64,000 nt of DNA from Methanomethylovorans hollandica DSM 15978 (lineage in GTDB: Archaea; Halobacteriota; Methanosarcinia; Methanosarcinales; Methanosarcinaceae), in NCBI RefSeq assembly GCF_000328665.1, contig NC_019977.1, positions 1,976,011 to 2,040,010 on the forward strand, in the 5' to 3' direction. This document shows, piece by piece, positions 18,859 to 31,217 of this stretch. The notes under the pieces are model-generated. The model had not been told where the DNA came from and ran no database searches. It worked only from the letters and a program-made list of their open reading frames with translations. The translations under genes were made by a program, and so were the position numbers. The first letter of the stretch is position 1. Every line of letters begins with the position of its first letter.

Positions 18859-19863
18859 ATTTCGCCTGTGCCAGCATTTAGGGTAAACATCTACATCCAT
18901 TATTACTCTTTCGGTATATGCGGCCAATCCATTGCTGGCATCCATGATACCGGCAGTGTCCATCTTTGCCGTAGCTATTGCTACTGCTTCACCTTTCAAA
19001 GTAAAGATACATACCTGCTGCTCATGCTTTATTCCAGGATCAAGACTTACTATTCCAGGCACCGCAAGAGAAGCACCGTGGCAGAGAGCATCCACAGCAC
19101 TGTCGCGGACTATAATCCGTGGGAGGTGTGCTAAACCTTCTTCCATAGGCCTTACTACCCTGCGCAGTTCATCCTCAGAACATCCTTCTTTCCACAGAAC
19201 AAAAGCATCTTTCAATTCCTGCAATGTTACCGCGGTGTCCCCAGTAAAAGGTCCTGTGCGTGTTCTAATGAGCTGTTGCATATTTGCTCCACAGCCTAAG
19301 GCCAGACCAATATCGTGACAGAGCTTTCTGATATAAGTACCAGCTTCGCACCCAACTTTCATTAAAACCATTGGGCCATCTATCTCAAGCACATCAAGAT
19401 AATAAATATTTCTTACACGTATGGACCTTTTTACTGCTGATATCACTGGAGGCATCTGATAAATAGGACCATTGAACTCAGCACAGACCTTCTTCACAAC
19501 CTTTTCTGGAAGTGTATCATGCAACCGCATGAGACATATGTATTCCTTTCCTGAAAGACGAAGTGCAGAAACGGTCTTAGTGGCTTTACCTAGCATTAGA
19601 GGAAGTAAACCAGTTACACCGGGATCCAAAGAACCGGAATGACCAGCTTTCTCGATTTCAAGAATGGATTTGACCCATGCAGTGACCTCATGACTGGTAG
19701 GACCACTTGGTTTATTCAGGTTGACCACACCCATAAGTAGATGTTTGTCTATGGACCGCATATAAGGAGAACAACCATAAATAACATCAGTAGATGATTT
19801 ATTCTTATGGATAAGTTCGATATGATCGCTATCCAAAAAATAAGAAGGATCAGGAGCTTTCAA
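18844..19863 (-). CDS. cbf5: H/ACA RNA-guided pseudouridine synthase Cbf5 (TruB family) with PUA domain
   Basis: NKPSGPTSHEV, GHSGSLDP, GTYIRKLC, PUA domain. Confidence 0.96.
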   Translation of the reverse strand: MKAPDPSYFLDSDHIELIHKNKSSTDVIYGCSPYMRSIDKHLLMGVVNLNKPSGPTSHEVTAWVKSILEIEKAGHSGSLDPGVTGLLPLMLGKATKTVSALRLSGKEYICLMRLHDTLPEKVVKKVCAEFNGPIYQMPPVISAVKRSIRVRNIYYLDVLEIDGPMVLMKVGCEAGTYIRKLCHDIGLALGCGANMQQLIRTRTGPFTGDTAVTLQELKDAFVLWKEGCSEDELRRVVRPMEEGLAHLPRIIVRDSAVDALCHGASLAVPGIVSLDPGIKHEQQVCIFTLKGEAVAIATAKMDTAGIMDASNGLAAYTERVIMDVDVYPKCWHRRNAEVV

Positions 19864-20404
19864 CTGTCCGTTCTCCCCCTTTATTGATAAGAGTATCGAT
19901 GCATGCAGAAAGTATATGAGCTATCTGGAATTGATCCCATCTGTGCGAGTCTATCACAATATCATAAACTGATAGATCATTTATATCAATACCGTGAATC
20001 TCACGATACCTTGAAGCTTCTGATGCTTCCCTTTCGAGAGTTTCTTCAAAGGCTTGCTGAAAAGAGGTATTTTCACGGCCAACGATCCTCTGCACACGAA
20101 CCTCTATGTGTGCTTTTATCCACACTTTTAGTGCATGAGGAGCCATATGTCCGGCGAGTCTGCCTTCCAGTATAATATTATTTCGGGTAGCTGCTATTTC
20201 CTGCTGGCGTTTGTCTATCTGGACATCTATTGAATCATCCTTTTCTGCCAATTCACCAAACTCAGCAAGTGTCAAACCCCTCTCTTTTGCAAGGGTGCGG
20301 AACACTTCACCTGCGGAGATTAGTTCCATACCATAGCTTTTAGCAAGCAAACTGGAAACTGTGGTTGTTCCACTACCAGGAAGCCCACTAATAGTTATAA
20401 GCAT
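19850..20404 (-). CDS. cmk: Cytidylate kinase
   Basis: ITISGLPGSGTTT P-loop, LEGRLAG; conserved operon position. Confidence 0.94.
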   Translation of the reverse strand: MLITISGLPGSGTTTVSSLLAKSYGMELISAGEVFRTLAKERGLTLAEFGELAEKDDSIDVQIDKRQQEIAATRNNIILEGRLAGHMAPHALKVWIKAHIEVRVQRIVGRENTSFQQAFEETLEREASEASRYREIHGIDINDLSVYDIVIDSHRWDQFQIAHILSACIDTLINKGGERTVESS

Positions 20405-21030
20405 TATATTCCACCAACATCCAATGCTTTCCTGATCAACTGACTCACAGCAAGGGACGTAATGAAATACCAGAAGATCCAGTATTGAATTGGACCAAAT
20501 GCTGTATCAGTAAGTACCTGATGTCCCCAAAAAGGAAAATTCAGAGAGGCACCTGCATGCCCTGAAATAAAATGATATGCCCACATGAACAATGGCAGTG
20601 AGATGATACTGATATATGCCATGGGCTTGAATTGCTGTTTGGACATCTCCATCTGATCAGACATCATCTTTGTTCTCTGCTCCTCGAGCTTTTTCATTAA
20701 AGCTGTGTTGTTTGCGATCTGAGCTTCCCTGTACTCTTTCTGATAAACACGCATTGTTTCCTGAGAATTACGCATCAGTTCCCAATTAATGGTATACTTC
20801 TGAATAAGAGAAGCATAAAGAGCTGTAATAGCAGCCATTATGAAGAGAATCAGATGGAAGTTTGATTCTCCTACCAAACTAATGAGTGGGTCCATAAAAA
20901 AGCCCACTGCTGTGCCCAAAGCATCCCTGAAATCCTGGCCTAATACCATTATTCCGATCATAAGGGATAAACCCAGGGCCAACAGCATATGATCGACCTT
21001 TTTCTTGAATCCGGTGGTTGCCACGATCAA
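20404..21030 (-). CDS. DUF106 / EMC3-TMCO1 (Oxa1 superfamily) membrane protein
   Basis: TM-coiled coil-QFKPM-TM pattern, WIFWYF; between adk and cmk. Confidence 0.88.
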   Translation of the reverse strand: MIVATTGFKKKVDHMLLALGLSLMIGIMVLGQDFRDALGTAVGFFMDPLISLVGESNFHLILFIMAAITALYASLIQKYTINWELMRNSQETMRVYQKEYREAQIANNTALMKKLEEQRTKMMSDQMEMSKQQFKPMAYISIISLPLFMWAYHFISGHAGASLNFPFWGHQVLTDTAFGPIQYWIFWYFITSLAVSQLIRKALDVGGI

Positions 21031-21039
21031 ATCCCCACT

Positions 21040-21690
21040 TTATTTCTTATATGAATCAAGTACATCACATATTTGTTTAAAAACATCTTCTACTGAACCA
21101 GTACCATCGATGTTCACAAGGAGACCTATGTCCTCATAATAATTTATCAGTGGCTTTGTCTTAGCTGCATATACCTCAAGCCGCTGACGAACTACCTCTT
21201 CCTTATCATCATCACGCTGATATAGTTTACCGCCACATGAATCACATGTTCCTTCCTTTAAAGGAAGATTGAACATCAAATGATAACTGTCTCCACATGA
21301 ACACATCCTGCGTCCACTAAGTCTGCCGATCAAATCGTCATCAGGAACATCAATATTTAGAACCACATCAAGAGGCTTGTTGATCTTCTCGAGAATATCT
21401 TTAAGGGCTTCTGCCTGAGGAATAGTACGGGGATAACCATCCAGCATGTAGCCATCCTTACAGTCTGACTCTTTAACTCGATCCCTGATAATTCCTATCA
21501 GCACTTCGTCTGGCACAAGCTCTCCTTTATCCATAAATTCTTTAGCTTGCATTCCAAGTTTTGTACCTTCCCTCACATTGGCACGTAAAATATCACCCGT
21601 GGAAATATGAGGTATATTATAATGCTTAGCCAGTTCTTTGGCCTGAGTGCCTTTACCGGCACCAGGCGGTCCAAATAACACTATATTCAT
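21040..21690 (-). CDS. adk: Adenylate kinase
   Basis: GPPGAGKGTQA, HISTGDILR, LDGYPRT, zinc lid. Confidence 0.97.
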   Translation of the reverse strand: MNIVLFGPPGAGKGTQAKELAKHYNIPHISTGDILRANVREGTKLGMQAKEFMDKGELVPDEVLIGIIRDRVKESDCKDGYMLDGYPRTIPQAEALKDILEKINKPLDVVLNIDVPDDDLIGRLSGRRMCSCGDSYHLMFNLPLKEGTCDSCGGKLYQRDDDKEEVVRQRLEVYAAKTKPLINYYEDIGLLVNIDGTGSVEDVFKQICDVLDSYKK

Positions 21691-21704
21691 TGAAACCTCC
21701 CCCA

Positions 21705-23189
21705 TTAATCTTGTCCGAAGAAAGATCTTATCATCGGATGCATCTCCATCATCTGTTCCGATGCTATATCCTCATACAGACGATACACAATACTTACAGC
21801 AAGCAAAAGACCAGTCCCTCCTGCCCCTCCAAGAGTACCGAGCAGACTTGCCACAAGTGTGAGCAAACCAATAAATGCACCACCTATGACTGTCACTTTT
21901 GGAATGTAACGGAGCATGACCTTTTCAATGCTGCCTACATTACGTCTGAAACCGGGGATCTGCATACCGGAATTGAAGACCTTCTGAGCGGTCTGCTTTG
22001 CACCCATGCCTGTCGTTTCTATCCAGAACAGAGCAAAGATGATCCCACCTCCAATGAGCATCAAAGCATCGAAAAAGACATGCAGCCCGATCTGCCATAA
22101 GGCTGGTACAGGAGCTCCCATGCCTGAGAAAGAGTCCCTGACAAGGGATGGGATCCAGTCATACGGACTGTTTATAGGCGCAAGGTAATACATGATACCG
22201 TTTATTGGTTGTGAACCTACATATTCTCCGAATATCGTGATCCCTCTTCCACTCAATAGAAGACCTATCAGCTGAATGTTAGCCTGAAGAGCACGCACAA
22301 GTATCATAGGAAGAACTGATGCATATATCAGTTTCACAGGGAACTTGCCTCTTGCTCCCCTTACAGCACTATGAGCGAGGGGGATCTCGATTCGTGTACT
22401 TTCAACAAAAACGACCAGCAAGAATATGAGAATAGTACTAACAAGGGCCAATATTCCACCGCTTACAAGTACATACAGTAGACCCTGCCCTGTTGTGAAC
22501 AATGTGAGCAGTTCCTCATTCTGAATAATGTATACCCATTTTGGGAGGAAACCTATTGGAATACCAGAAGAATCGGCTTGCCAGTTAAACAGGCCAGTAA
22601 CTATTTGCTGAGATACACCCGCCACGATGAAAAGACCGACACCAGAACCAATACCCCATTTGGACACCACTTCGTCCATGAACAGTATAAGGATACCGCC
22701 GATACATATCTGAATAAATATAAGAATAGTAATGAAGGTTCCACTGACACCCAGGGAAGAAGCAAGATTTAGATCCGGCTGGATGTATCCACCCAGGATC
22801 TGAGGCAAAGCTTCCAGTACGATCATCACAAATACCATGAATTTCTGTGCACCCTGGAAAAAAGCCTGATCAGAAGGATTGGAAAGATCCATTTTTATCA
22901 CATCTGCACCAACAAGCAGCTGGAGCACAATTGATGCTGTTACGATAGGACCTATACCAAGCAGGATCAATGAATTCGATGCCCCGGCAAAGAAGGCACG
23001 ATATTGTTCAAATAAGTCAATCGAATCTGCAGATAACCCAAATAAAGGCACATTTGCAAGTGCAAAATATAGCACAAGCACGCCCAATGTCCACATAAGC
23101 TTTTTCTTGAAATGTACGTGGCCTTCTGGACTGGCAACTGCAGGTAATCTTTTAAATATGGGGTCTAAACTCTCCTTGAAACTCATCAT
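21705..23189 (-). CDS. secY: Preprotein translocase subunit SecY
   Basis: LGIGPIVTASIVLQLL, KWGIGSGVGLFI, IPGFRR, GTGLLLAV. Confidence 0.98.
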   Translation of the reverse strand: MMSFKESLDPIFKRLPAVASPEGHVHFKKKLMWTLGVLVLYFALANVPLFGLSADSIDLFEQYRAFFAGASNSLILLGIGPIVTASIVLQLLVGADVIKMDLSNPSDQAFFQGAQKFMVFVMIVLEALPQILGGYIQPDLNLASSLGVSGTFITILIFIQICIGGILILFMDEVVSKWGIGSGVGLFIVAGVSQQIVTGLFNWQADSSGIPIGFLPKWVYIIQNEELLTLFTTGQGLLYVLVSGGILALVSTILIFLLVVFVESTRIEIPLAHSAVRGARGKFPVKLIYASVLPMILVRALQANIQLIGLLLSGRGITIFGEYVGSQPINGIMYYLAPINSPYDWIPSLVRDSFSGMGAPVPALWQIGLHVFFDALMLIGGGIIFALFWIETTGMGAKQTAQKVFNSGMQIPGFRRNVGSIEKVMLRYIPKVTVIGGAFIGLLTLVASLLGTLGGAGGTGLLLAVSIVYRLYEDIASEQMMEMHPMIRSFFGQD

Positions 23190-23337
23190 TCCACCCTTTA
23201 AGCTGGAGAAATGCAAACACGGAATCCGTGATTGTATACAATTAATAAACCTAAATATACGTTTACATTAATAAAGGTGCACCCTATAGTTGTTTAAATT
23301 ACAAAAATAGAATAAGTAATGCCTATTGGCATTACCT

Positions 23338-23766
23338 TTAAGACTCCAGGCACGAGCCGCCTGCAGCCTCTATTTTTTCTCTTGCCACACCAGAGAACTC
23401 GTAGGCTGTGACAGCAAGTTTCTTGGTGACCCTGCCTGTACCAAGTACCTTATCGATATCAAGACATGTCAGATCGATACGATACTGGCCTTCTTCAAGC
23501 TGAGCCAGGCCATCAATTACTAACTCATCTGCAAGCTCATCAAGTTCGCCTACATTTACAACGGACACCGATTTAACAGTCTTTGGAGGACGAGTGAAAC
23601 CATGCTTACCCTGAGCATATCCAAGAAGAATTGCCTTGATAGCATGGTGTTTGCAGACACCTGCTTTTCCCCTTCCTCCGCGATTACCTGCACCACGTCT
23701 GTTTTTACCAGTACCGCCGCCACAGGTGCGAGAACCTCTGAACTTCTTTGTGTTACCCTTGCTCAT
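23338..23766 (-). CDS. rpl15: 50S ribosomal protein L15
   Basis: [23 protein letters not shown]. Confidence 0.97.
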   Translation of the reverse strand: MSKGNTKKFRGSRTCGGGTGKNRRGAGNRGGRGKAGVCKHHAIKAILLGYAQGKHGFTRPPKTVKSVSVVNVGELDELADELVIDGLAQLEEGQYRIDLTCLDIDKVLGTGRVTKKLAVTAYEFSGVAREKIEAAGGSCLES

Positions 23767-23770
23767 GATA

Positions 23771-24232
23771 TTACCTCATCTGGTTCAGGAGGACCTTTAT
23801 GCCTTCACCGTGATTCCCCAGTACCCCTCCGAGCTCAACAGGCTTTTTGATTCCTGCGTGCCCTTTACGGGGCGGATGAAGCCTGAATACTGGTTTCAAC
23901 CCCGGTACATCCTTAAGTGAAGCTTTTCCAGCACATACCGCATCAGCAAATTCAGCAATTGTTGAATAGTCGGTATTTTGAGAAAGATACTCGTTTGTGA
24001 GCTTCTCTCCGCCTTCAAGCTTACCACGGTTGGTCAGCACCTCTGCAAGAGTGGCTGCATCTATAATACCGTAGGCAACATAATCCTTAACCATCTGGAT
24101 CATACCCCTGTTGTGAGGTGTGTCAGTGATCACTACACAATGGTTTACCCTGTTGAGACGAAGCATGTGAAGAGTATCCTGAATAGAACCCCTTACATCT
24201 ACACTACCGCGCATTCTTACAAGCACAAACAT
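23771..24232 (-). CDS. rpl30: 50S ribosomal protein L30
   Basis: [20 protein letters not shown]. Confidence 0.97.
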   Translation of the reverse strand: MFVLVRMRGSVDVRGSIQDTLHMLRLNRVNHCVVITDTPHNRGMIQMVKDYVAYGIIDAATLAEVLTNRGKLEGGEKLTNEYLSQNTDYSTIAEFADAVCAGKASLKDVPGLKPVFRLHPPRKGHAGIKKPVELGGVLGNHGEGIKVLLNQMR

Positions 24233-24233
24233 C

Positions 24234-24872
24234 TCAAGCTTCCTCCCTGCGGATATGAATCGGATGTTTTACAGTACCTATTGCCTGCAGAGCATTGAAT
24301 GTTGCCTTTGCAAAGTTAAGTGTAGTTCTGGTGGTACCTTCTGTCCTTGTCCAAACATCCTTGATACCGGCCTTTTCCAGCACTTTCTTTGCTGTTCCAC
24401 CGGCAGCGAGGCCAAGACCTCTTGGAGCCGGCATAAGCACTACAATGACACTTCCTGCCTTGCCCATTACTTCAGATGGTACGGTGTGGTTAAGACCGCA
24501 GGCACATTCCCATGAACCGCATCCGCGCTTCACGCGTACCAGATTGATCTTCGCATTCTCAATGGCCTTTCTGATAGCAGGTCCTACCTGGTTATCCTTA
24601 GCCTGACCAAGACCTACAAAGCCATCACCGTTGCCCACTATAACCGTAGCTCTGAACTTTACACGGCGTCCAGAGTCAGTCATTCTCTGAACCATGTTAA
24701 TGTCCAGAACCTCATCTTCAAGATTGGGGAGCAGTATATCCACTATCCTTGATTCTCTCAGAGGCAGTCCAGAATCGATCGCCTCATCCATGGAAGTGAT
24801 CTGACCCTCCTGGACAAGCTTGCCAAGCCTGGTTTGTGGAATCCATTCCTCTTCTTCGAACTGATATGCCAT
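24234..24872 (-). CDS. rps5: 30S ribosomal protein S5
   Basis: [28 protein letters not shown]. Confidence 0.98.
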   Translation of the reverse strand: MAYQFEEEEWIPQTRLGKLVQEGQITSMDEAIDSGLPLRESRIVDILLPNLEDEVLDINMVQRMTDSGRRVKFRATVIVGNGDGFVGLGQAKDNQVGPAIRKAIENAKINLVRVKRGCGSWECACGLNHTVPSEVMGKAGSVIVVLMPAPRGLGLAAGGTAKKVLEKAGIKDVWTRTEGTTRTTLNFAKATFNALQAIGTVKHPIHIRREEA

Positions 24873-24880
24873 ATGATCAC

Positions 24881-25402
24881 CTAATTGAAATCAGAAGAGA
24901 TCTTTTCCTTGACTGTATCAAACAGTTCTGGAAGATTTGATCTTTCCATATATTCTGCGATATGCTCGCCTCTGATCCTTTCATCAGAGGGGAATACGGA
25001 CGGATCATGGGGCACCTCTAATCCTGAGTCAACTATGCCTTTTAAAACAGCATAGACACGGGAGCCAGGCGAGGATGCCTGTAATCCAATATCAAGTATC
25101 CCATAATCGTATCCCTTGCTTAAGGTCCTGTAACCAAACAAGAGGCCGGTAAGATAAGCTGCCGGCGTGTTACCTGTGGAAGCATCATAACCATACTTCT
25201 TGAGTTCAGTAGATATGGTTGATGAAAGAGTGACATCTCCTTCAGGTTTAGGAGCTATTAGCTGAACCTGAATATGTTTTGAACTCTTGCGGACCACCAC
25301 ACGGTCTTCTTTTGATAAAAGCAACTTAAGACGCTGATGATAATTTGTGCGTCCTTCCCTTCGTCGCCTGAAAGCGACTTTATATCTGGGCCCTGTTGCC
25401 AT
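24881..25402 (-). CDS. rpl18: 50S ribosomal protein L18
   Basis: [23 protein letters not shown]. Confidence 0.97.
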   Translation of the reverse strand: MATGPRYKVAFRRRREGRTNYHQRLKLLLSKEDRVVVRKSSKHIQVQLIAPKPEGDVTLSSTISTELKKYGYDASTGNTPAAYLTGLLFGYRTLSKGYDYGILDIGLQASSPGSRVYAVLKGIVDSGLEVPHDPSVFPSDERIRGEHIAEYMERSNLPELFDTVKEKISSDFN

Positions 25403-25448
25403 GATCATACCCTCCTGGATAAAATATCAAAGCTTCTCTTGGTCATCT

Positions 25449-25907
25449 TCATTCCTCACGTTTAAGGAGCTTCTGTGACTCAAGGTGTGATACCATGTGT
25501 GCAACACTTCTGTATTCTCCACCTTTTGCCTTACGATATATCTTACAATATGTAGACTTTTCCAAGGAGCCATCTGCACGAAGTTCCTTTAACTTCGCTC
25601 TGATAGCACGGATCCTCTTCATCCACTGTTCTTTCCTTGGATTCCTTGCTCCTTTTGTACCTTTTCTCGAACCATGGCCCTTACGGTGACCATACTTGCG
25701 TTTGACGTCTCTTGCTCTTGCACGGCCTCTGCTAACACCTTTGGGTTTTTCAGCAGCTACACTTCCTTTCTTGATGAGTTCACGAAGATCCGCCCTTGTT
25801 ATAGCAACAGCAATATCGCTGGCAGCTTCTGGATCCATCCATACTCTGTGCAAACCACAATCAAGGATCGCTGCAGCCATCCTTTTCTGGTTAGAAAGAT
25901 CCGTCAT
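25449..25907 (-). CDS. rpl19e: 50S ribosomal protein L19e
   Basis: [25 protein letters not shown]. Confidence 0.97.
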   Translation of the reverse strand: MTDLSNQKRMAAAILDCGLHRVWMDPEAASDIAVAITRADLRELIKKGSVAAEKPKGVSRGRARARDVKRKYGHRKGHGSRKGTKGARNPRKEQWMKRIRAIRAKLKELRADGSLEKSTYCKIYRKAKGGEYRSVAHMVSHLESQKLLKREE

Positions 25908-25908
25908 C

Positions 25909-26352
25909 TTATTCACTCCTGGAAGGATTGAGGATCTTAATTCCGAGGGACACGGCCTTTTCCTCTATCATAGCTTTCTTTCTTGCACCAACCTTTGCAG
26001 CTATTCTGATAGCCACTGTATTAGCATCCAGTGATGAAAAATCAATCAGTGTTTCGACCATGATTTCGGAATACCCTGATGGGTGGAGGCCCTTTACCAT
26101 AACCGGACTACCATAGCCTACCTGTGCATGAGCACCCTTTGAAACAAATCCTTTACGTTTTTTGCTTTGCAGGCCTCTTGGGATTCTCCAGTTGGAGTCC
26201 AGCCTCTTATATTTGTGACAATCAGTCCTCTTGAACTGGGGCTTCTTTGCCTTCTGTACCTTACGGACCTTGAAAAGGCGCTTACCTTCCGCATCCATTG
26301 ATACACCACAGTTGACAGTTACAGAAGAGGAACTAGTGATATTATCTTCCAT
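25909..26352 (-). CDS. rpl32e: 50S ribosomal protein L32e
   Basis: KKPQFKR, WRIPRG, GLHPSGY. Confidence 0.97.
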   Translation of the reverse strand: MEDNITSSSSVTVNCGVSMDAEGKRLFKVRKVQKAKKPQFKRTDCHKYKRLDSNWRIPRGLQSKKRKGFVSKGAHAQVGYGSPVMVKGLHPSGYSEIMVETLIDFSSLDANTVAIRIAAKVGARKKAMIEEKAVSLGIKILNPSRSE

Positions 26353-26361
26353 TCAAATCAC

Positions 26362-26895
26362 CTACAATATCTTCTCCACGATATATATACCATCCTGGAA
26401 TACACGGGGATCGAATCTCTTAATCTTCGTGGCTTGCTCTATGTTGGCTGCGGTCTGTCCAACATCCTCTTTGTTTATACCGGTTATGGTGACCTGGTCG
26501 GCTCCTGCCTTGACCTTGGTTTCACCGAGGATATTTGCAGATCTTGCTTTCTTCTCACCCAAGAAATTACCAATGAACAATTTCTTACCCTCTACTTTTA
26601 GCTGCATAGGGAAGTGGGAATAAACAACCTTCATGCGATATTCAAACCCTTGAGTCACACCTTTCATCATATTGTTAATATGTGAAGAGAAGGTGCCGAT
26701 CATAGCCTTGTGTGACTTCTTTGTAGAAGTCGAATCCACTGTGATCTCAGAATCTCCAACTTCAATTATGATCCCTGGATACCAGAGGTACCTCTCATTC
26801 TTTCCTTTGGGTCCTGATACGGAAAGGATATCATCCTGGAAAGTAACGCTAACCCCTTCCGGAATGCTTACCACGTTCTTCATCTCTTTAGCCAT
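26362..26895 (-). CDS. rpl6: 50S ribosomal protein L6
   Basis: [22 protein letters not shown]. Confidence 0.98.
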   Translation of the reverse strand: MAKEMKNVVSIPEGVSVTFQDDILSVSGPKGKNERYLWYPGIIIEVGDSEITVDSTSTKKSHKAMIGTFSSHINNMMKGVTQGFEYRMKVVYSHFPMQLKVEGKKLFIGNFLGEKKARSANILGETKVKAGADQVTITGINKEDVGQTAANIEQATKIKRFDPRVFQDGIYIVEKIL

Positions 26896-26909
26896 TGAAC
26901 CACTCCATA

Positions 26910-27302
26910 TCAGTACACATATGCAAGAAGCTGTCCGCCAATGTTTTTCTCACGTGCATCATATTGAGACATGACACCATGAGATGTAGTAAGGATCAAT
27001 GTTCCGAAGTTCTTAGCTGGTAGGAATTGCTTCTCCCATCTCTCGAAATCAAGTGAACCTACTGAATAACGTGGCTTTATTGCTCCGCATTTATTTATTT
27101 TACCAATGAGCTTAACCTCATAGATGCCTGCTTTACCGTCCTCGATGAACTCGAACTCACCGAGGTATCCACTGTCCTGCATCACTTTAAGGACCGTACC
27201 GATGAGTTTTGATGCCGGTTTAAGTGTGCATGACTGTTTACCGATTGCTTCTGCATTCTTTATTGTGGAGAGTGCATCAGCAAGAGGATCTAATAACACC
27301 AT
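26910..27302 (-). CDS. rps8: 30S ribosomal protein S8
   Basis: [27 protein letters not shown]. Confidence 0.98.
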   Translation of the reverse strand: MVLLDPLADALSTIKNAEAIGKQSCTLKPASKLIGTVLKVMQDSGYLGEFEFIEDGKAGIYEVKLIGKINKCGAIKPRYSVGSLDFERWEKQFLPAKNFGTLILTTSHGVMSQYDAREKNIGGQLLAYVY

Positions 27303-27313
27303 TATTTTTCACC

Positions 27314-27466
27314 TCAAGTATATTTTTCAAATCCCATATCATGGGCTATCTCACGGAAACAGTGGCGACACAGGTAAATATCATATTTCCTTACAAGGCC
27401 CTGCTTTCTTCCGCATCTCTTGCATTCGTGTGCGCCGCGGCCAAATTGCTTAGTAGTCTGGACCAT
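27314..27466 (-). CDS. rps14: 30S ribosomal protein S14 (zinc-binding); not in the ORF track
   Basis: Manual translation [50 protein letters not shown]. Confidence 0.97.
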   Translation of the reverse strand: MVQTTKQFGRGAHECKRCGRKQGLVRKYDIYLCRHCFREIAHDMGFEKYT

Positions 27467-27976
27467 TTATGCCACCTCCACGAAAAATATCTCCTTGAAG
27501 AAGGAAATCGTATCGTCCTTTGTGATCCTGTGAGCTGAAGGAATTCTCCTTTCAGATATCCTTCTTTTGCTTATTCTGTATCCTGGGCGGTTGACGACTA
27601 CATTAATGTCCATACCAAAGACACCGATATTCGGATCATATCTCATTCCAGGGAAATCCGTGTGCTCTTCAATTCCGAATGCTACATTCCCATTTTTATC
27701 GAACTGGGAAGAGGATAACTTTTTATCTACTATTGAAAGAACAGTTTGAAGGAATTTCTCTGCATCAATACCACGAAGAGTGACCTTGCAACCTATTGGT
27801 TCACTTTTCTTGATACCGAATGCAGGAAGGGTTTTCTTTGCATATGTACGAACAACGGTCTGCCCGGTGATCTCTTTCATGATCCCTTCGGCATTCACAA
27901 GATGTTCACCACTTTCACCGACACCCATGTGAACAATGATCTTCTCGATCTTGGGAGCTTTCATTGGATTACTCAA
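27467..27976 (-). CDS. rpl5: 50S ribosomal protein L5
   Basis: [28 protein letters not shown]; probable TTG start. Confidence 0.97.
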   Translation of the reverse strand: MSNPMKAPKIEKIIVHMGVGESGEHLVNAEGIMKEITGQTVVRTYAKKTLPAFGIKKSEPIGCKVTLRGIDAEKFLQTVLSIVDKKLSSSQFDKNGNVAFGIEEHTDFPGMRYDPNIGVFGMDINVVVNRPGYRISKRRISERRIPSAHRITKDDTISFFKEIFFVEVA

Positions 27977-28682
27977 TGACCTCACCACCCAGTTTAATTT
28001 CTGGCTTATCCGTGCCGATCACGACTACGTAATCTTCTATGGTATGGAATTCCTCACCTTCGCCAGCAATCAGCACAGTGTTGGAATTGGAACTGCGCAC
28101 TGTGTTGATATCTTTGATGGCACCTATTTTGCCAGTGTGCTTACCACCAATTATCAATGCGAGATTGCCTACTTCGTACTTGATATGTGTGAGTATCTTC
28201 TTATCAGGCACTGAAAGGATCACTGAGTCTTTGGCTTTGTAATCGTTGGAGCCAATAAGGTTAGAGCCGTCATTTAGATTGAGCTGCACTTTGCCGCCCT
28301 TGATAACGGTCTTTCCGAGGATCCTGCATAGCTTGCTTGATTCTGTACCTTCAAGTTTATGTAATTCTAATCTTCCCTTTCTATCGAGGAGCACCCTGTA
28401 TGATTGTTCCATCTTAGGAATAGAAACTACATCCAGTAAACCTATAGGGAATCTTAGGTCCTTCCTGATAATGCCATCAACAAGAATGCTACCTTCTGAA
28501 AGCACTCTTTTTGCCTCAACCCTAGTGTCCACTACATGTAACATATCCCTGAGCACCACTCCAAGAGGAATGCTCAGTTGCCTGTTGTGAGGACCCGGCC
28601 TTGTCGATGTTATCCATTTATTGGATTTCTTGGATATCTGCCAGCTTTTTGGTACAGAAATCCTTTTTTGATGTTTTCCCAC
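27969..28682 (-). CDS. rps4e: 30S ribosomal protein S4e
   Basis: [24 protein letters not shown]. Confidence 0.97.
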   Translation of the reverse strand: MGKHQKRISVPKSWQISKKSNKWITSTRPGPHNRQLSIPLGVVLRDMLHVVDTRVEAKRVLSEGSILVDGIIRKDLRFPIGLLDVVSIPKMEQSYRVLLDRKGRLELHKLEGTESSKLCRILGKTVIKGGKVQLNLNDGSNLIGSNDYKAKDSVILSVPDKKILTHIKYEVGNLALIIGGKHTGKIGAIKDINTVRSSNSNTVLIAGEGEEFHTIEDYVVVIGTDKPEIKLGGEVIE

Positions 28683-28690
28683 AAAACCAC

Positions 28691-29044
28691 CTACTTTCTG
28701 CTCAATACTTCTGATCTGCGGTTATCTTTCATTTCTAGGGATGTGATCGTTACGTTGGAAGGATATATAGGCCTTGGTACTTCTGTACCATCTGCTTTGG
28801 ACACTGCTACTCCCTCTACAACTATAGTCCCATGTTTAAGTGATACCGCTTCTACTTTACCTGTGGTGCCTACATGGTCTCCGCGCATCACTTTTACAGT
28901 GTCACCGATAATGACCTTTGCTGTCCTGCGACCATATTTTTCACGGAGCTCTTTAGAAAGGGGAGCACCCATATATTTTTGCCTTAAATGCAGTGGAGCA
29001 TTATACCGCAGCTTCCTCTGTTTCCTTGGCTGATTAGTAACCAT
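28691..29044 (-). CDS. rpl24: 50S ribosomal protein L24
   Basis: [19 protein letters not shown] motif. Confidence 0.97.
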   Translation of the reverse strand: MVTNQPRKQRKLRYNAPLHLRQKYMGAPLSKELREKYGRRTAKVIIGDTVKVMRGDHVGTTGKVEAVSLKHGTIVVEGVAVSKADGTEVPRPIYPSNVTITSLEMKDNRRSEVLSRK

Positions 29045-29054
29045 TGCATACACC

Positions 29055-29453
29055 TCACACAATTATTGAAGCCGTTGTACCTATCTTTGGATACCTTTCA
29101 GCAACCTCTCTTGCAATTGGTCCTTTAAGATCAGTACCCTTAGGCAGTCCATCCTCATCGGTGATAACAACGGCGTTGTCTTCAAAGGATACCCTCAGCC
29201 CATCAGGACGACGGAATTCCTTCTTCTGGCGGACAATAACAGCATGCATGATCTGCTTACGCATCTCTGGAGTACCTTTCTTCACAGATACCACGCACAT
29301 ATCGCCTATACCGGCGCATGGCTGTCTGTTCTTGGTACCTCTGTAACGCTTTACAGATATGATCTCAACGACCCTTGCACCTGTGTTGTCCACACAATCT
29401 ATACGGGCACCACTGTTCAATGCACGAGGTATAGTGGAACGAATTCCTCTCAT
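29055..29453 (-). CDS. rpl14: 50S ribosomal protein L14
   Basis: [22 protein letters not shown]. Confidence 0.98.
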   Translation of the reverse strand: MRGIRSTIPRALNSGARIDCVDNTGARVVEIISVKRYRGTKNRQPCAGIGDMCVVSVKKGTPEMRKQIMHAVIVRQKKEFRRPDGLRVSFEDNAVVITDEDGLPKGTDLKGPIAREVAERYPKIGTTASIIV

Positions 29454-29779
29454 GCCTCTACCCCCGTTTTGATTACCACATAGGATTTGGTCTTACTTAG
29501 AGGACGGCATTCCGCAACTGTCACAATGTCTCCTACCTGTGCGTCAATACATGGAGGATTGTGAGCATGGATCTTAGATTGCCTTTTCTCATACCTCTGA
29601 TACTTGCTTATAAGTACTTCATGTCTTCTCTGGATGACCACTGTCCTGTCCATCTTGTTGCTAACAACGGTTCCCACCAGTACTTGTCCCCTGACTGGCA
29701 GCTTTCCGTGAAATGGACAATTGATGTCAGTGCACTCCTCTTTAGGAGTTGGAACATCCAATCCGATATCTCTTGTCAT
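29450..29779 (-). CDS. rps17: 30S ribosomal protein S17
   Basis: [22 protein letters not shown]. Confidence 0.98.
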   Translation of the reverse strand: MTRDIGLDVPTPKEECTDINCPFHGKLPVRGQVLVGTVVSNKMDRTVVIQRRHEVLISKYQRYEKRQSKIHAHNPPCIDAQVGDIVTVAECRPLSKTKSYVVIKTGVEA

Positions 29780-29784
29780 GATTA

Positions 29785-30096
29785 TTACCTCATGCGAATT
29801 TTCCTGATATTCTTTATACGATTCTCGGGTTGTGAGAGCAACAAATTCCCGTTCACCTTCACTTGCTCAGTAACACGTGTATTCCCTCTGAGAAGATGTA
29901 TATGGAACAAGAATGTTGATCCTGATTTTGGAACCATCTTTTCATTTTTGTCATCTGTTTCCACGATCAACATATTCTTTGTTTCACCTACAACTTTGCC
30001 GCGAATCTCCTCTAAGGAGGGATTGTTTGAGTTTATCACTTTTGTGAACAGTCCGATAATTTCGTGAAATATCAGGTTATAAGCGGATATTTCCAC
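29785..30096 (-). CDS. rnp1: Ribonuclease P protein component 1 (Rpp29)
   Basis: [21 protein letters not shown]; conserved position between rpl29 and rps17. Confidence 0.93.
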   Translation of the reverse strand: MEISAYNLIFHEIIGLFTKVINSNNPSLEEIRGKVVGETKNMLIVETDDKNEKMVPKSGSTFLFHIHLLRGNTRVTEQVKVNGNLLLSQPENRIKNIRKIRMR

Positions 30097-30300
30097 TTAA
30101 ATCTCCTTTAACTCTTTCTGGACGGTCTTAACACGCGCAATGGTCCTTCTAAGTAATCCAATTCTTCCTGGATTGTCTGGAGCACCACCTGCAGAAGTGA
30201 GCGCGCGCTCACGTATGAGCTCAGTCCCTAACTTGTCAAGCTCGTCCATCCTTTCATTTGGGCTCATGTCCCTTATTTCATTCATACGCAGAATAGCCAT
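30097..30300 (-). CDS. rpl29: 50S ribosomal protein L29
   Basis: [23 protein letters not shown]. Confidence 0.97.
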   Translation of the reverse strand: MAILRMNEIRDMSPNERMDELDKLGTELIRERALTSAGGAPDNPGRIGLLRRTIARVKTVQKELKEI

Positions 30301-30302
30301 GA

Positions 30303-31217
30303 TCAGCCCTCCCTGTGAATACGGGCCATCGGATGCCAGTAATCGTGTCCTTCATGCTTATGCTGCCAGACACCATCAGCCTCCCTGCGTTCTTCATTCT
30401 CCAGAACCTCTCCTGATTCTATTTCAGCGGTCGAGCTGGAAGGCTCTGTTTCAGATACTTCCGTTTCAACTGTTGTCACGTCAGACTTTTCTGGCTGTAC
30501 TGGTTCCTCTTCAAGGGTCTCTTCAACCTCTGCAACCTCACCTGCAGTCTCTTCACTTACAAGCTCCTTGACACCTGATTTAGGCTCCGGGGACTTGGTA
30601 GCTTCAGATACTGCTTCTACAGGAACATCCTTAAGTTTAAAGGAATCCGGAAGAACCGCACCTGGTGGAATTATCCTTACCTTGCACCCAAGAGTACCAA
30701 GCTTCTTAACAGCTACAGCAAAACCCTCATCGACAATATCTTCTGCTGGTTTACCTGCATGCTTTATATAACCTTGAACGATCTTCTCGCTCCTTGACCT
30801 TGATCCTGTGAGCTTACCTGAGATCACGATCTCACAGCCAAGTGCGCCTGCATTCATGATAGCTCTCATGGCATTATGACCAGCTTTTCTGAAATACCAT
30901 CCTCTTTCAATGGATGATGCCAGACGTGTTGCCATCATTTGTGCATTGAGTTCTGGTCTTCTGACCTCCTGAGCATCTATCTGAGGATTGTCCAGATCAT
31001 ACATCCTGTCGATGTCCCTTGTGAGCTTCCGGATAACCTTACCGGCCTTACCAATAACCATTCCAGGCTTCTCGGCATAAACCGTGATCTGAGTTCCCAT
31101 GGGAGTCCTATTGACTTCCATACCGCCGTATCCAGCTCTGTTAAGCTGTTTAGCAAAGTATTCGTCCAGTGAGGCTTTAACGTAACCTTCATGCACGAAC
31201 TTCTTCTCTATTGCCAT
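30303..31217 (-). CDS. rps3: 30S ribosomal protein S3 with acidic C-terminal extension
   Basis: KH domain [18 protein letters not shown]. Confidence 0.98.
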   Translation of the reverse strand: MAIEKKFVHEGYVKASLDEYFAKQLNRAGYGGMEVNRTPMGTQITVYAEKPGMVIGKAGKVIRKLTRDIDRMYDLDNPQIDAQEVRRPELNAQMMATRLASSIERGWYFRKAGHNAMRAIMNAGALGCEIVISGKLTGSRSRSEKIVQGYIKHAGKPAEDIVDEGFAVAVKKLGTLGCKVRIIPPGAVLPDSFKLKDVPVEAVSEATKSPEPKSGVKELVSEETAGEVAEVEETLEEEPVQPEKSDVTTVETEVSETEPSSSTAEIESGEVLENEERREADGVWQHKHEGHDYWHPMARIHREG

